DNA from: an uncultured Spirochaetaceae bacterium
Lineage (GTDB): Bacteria > Myxococcota_A > UBA9160 > UBA4427
Length of the DNA stretch: 13,995 nucleotides
Direction: 5' to 3'
NCBI GenBank assembly: GCA_964594405.1
Contig: CAZQMY010000120.1
Span: 416 to 14,410 of the forward strand
Part shown: positions 10,512 through 13,995 of the stretch, piece after piece
Position numbering within the stretch: the first letter of the stretch is position 1
Layout: each line of letters opens with the position of its first letter
Notes under the pieces: generated by a model
What the model saw: only the letters and a program-made list of their open reading frames with translations
Databases searched by the model: none
What the model was told of the DNA's origin: nothing
Program-made: the position numbers and the translations under genes

Positions 10512-11618
10512 ATGAGTTGGATGGACAAGCTGCGCGCAGAGCTGATCGACATCGTCGAATGGGTGGACGACAGCCACCACACTCTCGTCTGGCGGTTCCC
10601 GCGCTACCAGAACGAGCTCAAGAACGGCGCGCAGCTCATCGTGCGCCCGGGCCAGGTGGCGATCATGGTCGCGCAGGGTCGGGTGGCCGACGTCTTCGAG
10701 CCGGGTCAGTACCGGCTCGAGACCAAGAACCTGCCCATCCTGAGCACCCTGCTCGGCTGGCAGCACGGATTCGACAGTCCCTTCAAGGCCGAGGTCTACT
10801 TCGTCTCGACCAAGCAGATCACGGACATGAAGTGGGGAACGCCCAATCCGGTCATCATGCGCGACCCCGACTTCGGCCCCGTGCGCGTGCGTGCCTTCGG
10901 CTCGTACACCCTGAGGGCCACCGACCCGCGCACGCTGCTCTCCGAGCTGGTCGGCACCGATCACGAGTACGAGGCCGATGAGGTCACCGAGCTGCTTCGC
11001 AGCATCATCAACATGGCCTTCGCGGACGTCGTGGCGAGCTCCGGCATCGCGGTGATGGATCTCGCCTCGAACTACGCCGAGCTCTCGGAGCTGCTGCGCC
11101 GTGAGGTGGTGAGTCGGATCGACGACGAGTTCGGCCTGCAGATCCCACAGATGTACATCGTGAACGTCTCGCTGCCCGCCGAGGTGGAGAAGGCGCTCGA
11201 CGCGCGCTCGGGCATGGGGATCATCGGCGACATGGGCCGCTATCAGGCCTACCAGATGGGACAGGCGATCCCCGATGCGGCGCAGAACCCCGCCGGTGGA
11301 ATCGCTGGCGCGGGCATCGGCCTCGGCATGGGGATGGCGATGGCTGGCCCGATGCTCCAGCAGGGCATGCCGCCGGCGCAGGGCGCTGCGCCCGCGGCGG
11401 CCCCGCCGCCTCCTCCCGCCGCCTGGCACATGGCCGAGAACGGCCAGGCGCTCGGTCCGCTCTCCATCGAGCAGCTGCAGGCAGCGGTCGGTTCCGGCCG
11501 GCTCATGCCGACCACGCTCGTCTGGACCGCGGGCATGGCGAACTGGCAGCCCGCAGGCCAGGTCCCGCAGCTCGCGCCCCTCTTCCAGACGGGCCCGCCG
11601 CCGGTGCCCGGCGGCTGA
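10512..11618 (+). CDS. SPFH/Band-7 family protein (COG4260/Band_7_1-like, YdjI-like) with C-terminal DUF4339 (GYF-like) domain
   Basis: 368 aa. The N-terminus MSWMDKLRAELIDIVEWVDDSHHTLVWRFPRYQNELKNGAQLIVRPGQVAIMV is the hallmark of the COG4260 SPFH family. A Gly/Met/Pro-rich linker follows. The C-terminus has WHMAENGQALGPLSIEQLQAAVGSGRLMPTTLVWTAGMANWQPAGQVPQL, matching the DUF4339 pattern. AAGGAGA lies 8 nt upstream of the ATG. Confidence 0.85.
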   Translation: MSWMDKLRAELIDIVEWVDDSHHTLVWRFPRYQNELKNGAQLIVRPGQVAIMVAQGRVADVFEPGQYRLETKNLPILSTLLGWQHGFDSPFKAEVYFVSTKQITDMKWGTPNPVIMRDPDFGPVRVRAFGSYTLRATDPRTLLSELVGTDHEYEADEVTELLRSIINMAFADVVASSGIAVMDLASNYAELSELLRREVVSRIDDEFGLQIPQMYIVNVSLPAEVEKALDARSGMGIIGDMGRYQAYQMGQAIPDAAQNPAGGIAGAGIGLGMGMAMAGPMLQQGMPPAQGAAPAAAPPPPPAAWHMAENGQALGPLSIEQLQAAVGSGRLMPTTLVWTAGMANWQPAGQVPQLAPLFQTGPPPVPGG

Positions 11619-11648
11619 TTCGTCGGTCCTCGTGCCGTGGACGGAGAT

Positions 11649-13025
11649 TCAGCAGGGATCGCCGACGCGCTCCAGCCAGGCCTTGAGGTCGCCAGGGTAG
11701 CCGGCGGCATCCTGCGCGGCCTTGATCTTCGCGGTGACGGACTCGATCACCTCGGCGGGGACCGGTGGGTGCTCGAAGGTGTGGTTCATGACCTCGGTGG
11801 CGACGACGCTGGCCGCCTCGCTGATGGGGCGTGCGTCATTGGAGTCGTCCCCCTCGCCGACACCCAGGAATCGCTCGATGGCGTCGTGGGAGACGCGCGC
11901 GGCGTGCTTCCGAGCGGCGCCGATGTAGCCCTTGCCCGTGACGACATTGCCCACGGAGAAGACCGAGGGATAGGCTTCGAGCCGGCCGAACTCCCAGTCG
12001 GTGAAGGCGAAGAGCTCGCCGTTCATTGCGATGCCTTCGATGGGCTCGGGGATACTGCCGATGGAGCTGATGACGCAGCTGCCGCGGCGCGCGAAGGTCT
12101 CGTCGGTCATGTGGACCCGGCCGCCCTCGACGCGCGTGCGGCGGAAGCGCATGCCCACGACGCGATCGTCCTCGATGAGGAGCGCGTCGGGCGCCGAGAG
12201 GGGCTCGATGGTGAACATGTACTTGCCGCACGCCTTGTCGACCATGGTGCGACGCCCCTTCTCGACCTTGGCGATCTTCTCGGGTGTCGCGTCGGCGGGC
12301 ATCGTCACCAGCGGCATGTCTTCGATCCGCCGTCGATAGAAGATCGTGCTGCCCGCGAGCCCGAGCTCCTCCCACGCGAGATCGTGCGCCGCGAGGACCT
12401 TCGGGATGCCCTTGATCTCGAGCTCCTCGAGCTCGACGTCGATGCCCCGCTTCGCGAGTGCGTCGATGGTGCAGTGCAGCGTGTGGATCTTCGCGACATC
12501 GATGGAGGCGAGGCCTCCGCCCACCACGATGCTGTCGTCCAGGATCTCGAAGGTCTCACCCCGATAGTTGGGATCCCCCACGTGGTTGAAGGCGGTCACG
12601 AAGGGGTTCTGGTACACGAGGCCGCGTCCCACCCACTGCTCGGCATCCTCGATGGGCAGTGCCCGATCCCGCCATGCACCGTTGGCGAGGACGACGGCGG
12701 TGAAGCCCCAGTCGTTCACCATCTCGGCGAAGTCCACGTCCCGACCGACCCGCGTATTCGGCACGAAGTGTACGAGCGGGTGCGAGAGCTTCTCCGTGAT
12801 GCTGCGGTACTCCTTGTTGCGGAGGTTCACGTGCCAGCGCGGCAGGCCGTCCTCGATCTTTCCGAAGGGGCGCGGATTCTGCTCGAAAACGGCGACGAGG
12901 ATCCCGCGTTCCGAGAGGCGCGAAGCGACCTCCGCGCCCGCAGTGGCTCCTCCGATCACGGCCACGCAATGGGTCGGTTGGACGTCCGGCATGTCGTTAT
13001 CTTGGCAGGATCGGCGCGCGCTCAC
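11649..13025 (-). CDS. FAD/NAD(P)-binding oxidoreductase, adrenodoxin-reductase/FprA/GltD-small-subunit-like
   Basis: It has an N-terminal Rossmann fold HCVAVIGGATAGAEVASRL...VAVFE and a second dinucleotide fold SIVVGGGLASIDVAKI. The C-proximal GNVVTGKGYIGAARKHAARV resembles the FprA GWIKRGPTGVIG motif. The likely true start is the ATG at 12992 (MPDVQPTHCVAVIGG). The GTG at 13025 is the track start. Confidence 0.75.
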   Translation of the reverse strand: MSARRSCQDNDMPDVQPTHCVAVIGGATAGAEVASRLSERGILVAVFEQNPRPFGKIEDGLPRWHVNLRNKEYRSITEKLSHPLVHFVPNTRVGRDVDFAEMVNDWGFTAVVLANGAWRDRALPIEDAEQWVGRGLVYQNPFVTAFNHVGDPNYRGETFEILDDSIVVGGGLASIDVAKIHTLHCTIDALAKRGIDVELEELEIKGIPKVLAAHDLAWEELGLAGSTIFYRRRIEDMPLVTMPADATPEKIAKVEKGRRTMVDKACGKYMFTIEPLSAPDALLIEDDRVVGMRFRRTRVEGGRVHMTDETFARRGSCVISSIGSIPEPIEGIAMNGELFAFTDWEFGRLEAYPSVFSVGNVVTGKGYIGAARKHAARVSHDAIERFLGVGEGDDSNDARPISEAASVVATEVMNHTFEHPPVPAEVIESVTAKIKAAQDAAGYPGDLKAWLERVGDPC

Positions 13026-13094
13026 AACGGGAGGAGATCGTCGCGCCGCGGCGGCGCACCGCGTAGGGGCGCGGCGTGGTACTCTCCCGGGCGC

Positions 13095-13170
13095 GGGCCC
13101 TTAGCTCAGTGGTCAGAGCACCCGGCTCATAACTGGATGGTCCTCGGTTCAAGTCCGAGAGGGCCCACCA
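13095..13170 (+). tRNA. tRNA with anticodon CAU; tRNA-Ile2 (lysidine)-like, though elongator tRNA-Met is not excluded
   Basis: 76 nt: GGGCCCT-TA-GCTC-AGTGGTCA-GAGC-A-CCCGG-CTCATAA-CTGGA-TGGTC-CTCGG-TTCAAGT-CCGAG-AGGGCCC-A-CCA. A cloverleaf can be drawn, and the CCA end is encoded. The 1-72 G-C pair excludes the initiator. The acceptor stem (C4-G69, C5-G68), the D-arm, the variable loop TGGTC and the T-loop TTCAAGT match E. coli tRNA-Ile2 (ileX) closely. Confidence 0.85.
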
Positions 13171-13354
13171 TCACTGCTCGGTCCACGCGCATCCGCGATC
13201 GTGTCCGAGGGTGCCGGCATGGAAGTGGCGCCGGGCCGGCGCCCACCGGGTGCGCCGCAACGCCGCCGCGCAGGATCCGAATCCACGTGCGCTGTCGGTG
13301 GGTGATCAGTGGCACGCGTCCACCACATGGATGGAGCTTCCCGAGCCCGATTCC

Positions 13355-13849
13355 TCATTGCCCTCGGCCCGTGACGCTGATGTGGCGCGTCATCGAGAGC
13401 TCCTCGAGGGCCTTCTGTCTCGGCCACGGTCCGGCGAAGACGCCGGTCCTCGCCTCGATCTCACCTCGACCTGGCGGTGTAGGTGGGGGCGAGCCCCGGG
13501 ACGAGAAGTCCTCGTAGCCGGACCAGACGCGGATGAATCGGGTGCCCGCATCGGGCGCCTCGAACTCGGTGGTGGTCCACGCGCCGGGCCAGAGGTTGAG
13601 CTTGTAGAGCCGCAGCCGAAGCGTGTGGCGGCCCGGCGGTATGACGAGGGCGACGTGGTGGCGGTCGGGCAGTGGGCCGATCTCCTCCCCGTCGATGGAG
13701 AGCTTCATCACGCCGGCTCCCCGAAGGGTGTCCATGCGATAGACATAGACGAGCGATTCGCCCGGGCGCGGGGCGTTGGCGAGTCGGAAGGGAGCGCCGG
13801 AGGGCGGCACGCGGATGCAGGCGAACGCCAGCGCCGAGCTGAGCAGCAC
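13355..13849 (-). CDS. Putative secreted/lipoprotein (DUF2846-like small beta domain); start uncertain and possibly upstream
   Basis: The N-terminus carries a hydrophobic stretch LLLVLLSSALAFAC with a lipobox-like AFAC. The domain VYVYRMDTLRGAGVMKLSIDGEEIGPLPDRHHVALVIPPGRHTL resembles DUF2846. The track start is a GTG inside the hydrophobic core. The frame is open upstream to the window edge with no ATG/GTG/TTG. Confidence 0.5.
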   Translation of the reverse strand: MLLSSALAFACIRVPPSGAPFRLANAPRPGESLVYVYRMDTLRGAGVMKLSIDGEEIGPLPDRHHVALVIPPGRHTLRLRLYKLNLWPGAWTTTEFEAPDAGTRFIRVWSGYEDFSSRGSPPPTPPGRGEIEARTGVFAGPWPRQKALEELSMTRHISVTGRGQ

Positions 13850-13995
13850 GAGCAGCAGGCGGGCCGGCCGCCGCCGGGTCCGGGCCGCGCCCTTCTCGCA
13901 TGCTCTTGCGCTGGAATCCTCCCGGACCTGCTCGGCGAAGGCGTGGCGCCGACTCCGAACGCGGGGCGAGGGCTGGCGCGGTCCTCGACGGGAAT

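Noticed and set aside
13227-13243. GGCGCCGG-G-CCGGCGCC palindrome downstream of the tRNA as a defined terminator or att site
   Set aside because: It is a short GC palindrome of a kind common in high-GC DNA. It has no U-tract, and there is no direct repeat of the tRNA 3' end that would indicate an integration site.
13127-13315. 62-aa minus-strand ORF overlapping the tRNA
   Set aside because: It is antisense to a well-formed tRNA gene and is spurious.
13461-13901. 146-aa minus-strand ORF (MREGRGPDPAAAG...) overlapping the lipoprotein gene
   Set aside because: It is an alternative frame over the same DNA with a Pro/Arg/Ala low-complexity product. The DUF2846-like frame is the more plausible coding frame. 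It is relevant only as a possible frameshift partner.

Overview
This is a high-GC (~70%) bacterial chromosomal segment dominated by housekeeping operons. The GC content and gene set suggest a Myxococcales-like genome, but that is an inference only. The layout, start to end, is:
- (1) The 3' end of prfA (RF1), overlapping prmC by 4 bp (ATGA). It is followed on the same strand by a histidine-biosynthesis run of a hisD-like gene, hisB, hisH and hisF, with no hisA, hisG, hisC or hisIE.
- (2) A ~660-bp non-coding region of lower GC. It carries two adjacent short tandem-repeat arrays, an 11-mer x4 and a 7-mer x5.
- (3) The conserved macromolecular-synthesis operon rpsU-dnaG-rpoD. A strong stem-loop follows rpoD.
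- (4) A two-gene module encoding a cysteine-rich multi-zinc-ribbon protein and an SPFH/Band-7 protein with a C-terminal DUF4339 (GYF-like) domain. The zinc-ribbon protein has a double zinc ribbon (DZR) and two zf-TFIIB-type ribbons. The SPFH protein is COG4260-like. The pair resembles the Bacillus ydjG/ydjI Psp-associated pair.
- (5) A convergent minus-strand gene for an FAD/NAD(P)-binding oxidoreductase of the FprA/adrenodoxin-reductase type.
- (6) A tRNA with anticodon CAU whose body looks more like tRNA-Ile2 (lysidine) than elongator tRNA-Met.
- (7) A minus-strand putative lipoprotein gene whose reading frame stays open to the window edge.

There is no evidence of mobile elements, CRISPR arrays or a recognisable defence island. 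The most unusual items are listed here.
- The HisD homologue has substitutions at the canonical catalytic and Zn-ligand positions.
- The repeat-bearing long leader lies upstream of rpsU.
- The Zn-ribbon/SPFH pair is split into two genes.
- The RpoD N-terminus is basic rather than acidic.

Many long antisense ORFs in the six-frame track are stop-codon-depletion artefacts of the high GC content.
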